From Protoeuglena noctilucae (lineage: Eukaryota): DNA of 64,000 bases. The position numbers were made by a program, and so were the translations under genes. The stretch lies in the NCBI GenBank assembly GCA_958009085.1, contig OY253669.1:1302001-1366000 (forward strand), written 5' to 3'. This document shows positions 63,796-64,000 of the stretch, piece by piece. How positions within the stretch are numbered: position 1 is the first letter of the stretch; every line of letters begins with the position of its first letter. The notes below the pieces were generated by a model, which saw only the letters and a program-made list of their open reading frames with translations, made no database searches and was not told the origin of the DNA.

Positions 63796-64000
63796 TCAGG
63801 GAGGGCCATAGTCCCTGGCCGCCCGTTGGGCCATCGAGTCCTGCAGGCACGGGCAGGCCAGGTGTGGGTAGGAGCGGACCATCTGTGAAAGACTACCTCG
63901 CTGCGGTCGCGTCGCCATTACCTGCTCCCGCTGTCGCTTCGCCTCCTCCAACAGCTGCTGCTGCTGCTCCCTCATCTCGCGCTGCATGGGACGGCCACGT
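63796..64000 (-). CDS. 3' end of an unidentified gene entering from beyond the window
   Basis: Coiled-coil-like MQREMREQQQQLLEEAKRQREQ, then an 81-nt AG|GTAATG..CTGCAG intron (63921-63841), then DSMAQRAARDYGPP*. Confidence 0.5.
   Translation of the reverse strand, partial: RGRPMQREMREQQQQLLEEAKRQREQVMATRPQRGSLSQMVRSYPHLACPCLQDSMAQRAARDYGPP

Overview
This is eukaryotic, gene-dense, intron-rich DNA with very high GC (roughly 68-70% by eye). It comes from a plastid-bearing, probably flagellated green alga: it encodes plastid ABC1 kinases, chloroplast sensor kinase, MenE and BBS2. The exact taxon cannot be fixed from the sequence. Most long ORFs in the six-frame track are GC-driven artefacts, and the real genes had to be assembled by hand from short exons. 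About 24 protein-coding genes are supported, two of them truncated by the window edges. In order: a thylakoid-lumen protein, an ILR3-like bHLH, ABC1K9, a secreted Cys/ATPA-repeat protein, a ubiquitin-like protein, XPO1, VTC1, VTC4, an EF-hand protein, a CX5R phosphatase, an ABC1K5-like kinase, SRP54, AAE14/MenE, STK19, BBS2, RPL7A, a CaaX EF-hand protein, CSK, RRP46, a hypothetical protein, an ICL/PEP-mutase family enzyme, an Sgf11-like zinc finger, TRM5, malic enzyme and a partial ORF. No rRNA, tRNA, CRISPR array or transposon was recognisable. Three observations stand out. (1) VTC1 and VTC4, subunits of the polyphosphate polymerase, sit head-to-head and are followed directly by a Ca-binding protein and a phosphatase, a candidate polyphosphate/acidocalcisome gene cluster. 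(2) About 17 introns need non-canonical GC donors with consensus (A/G)G|GCRAG, far above the usual rate of about 1%. (3) The algal bHLH ends in the land-plant iron-signalling degron-like motif LRPPAA. All family assignments come from remembered motifs, not database searches, and exon boundaries are manual predictions.
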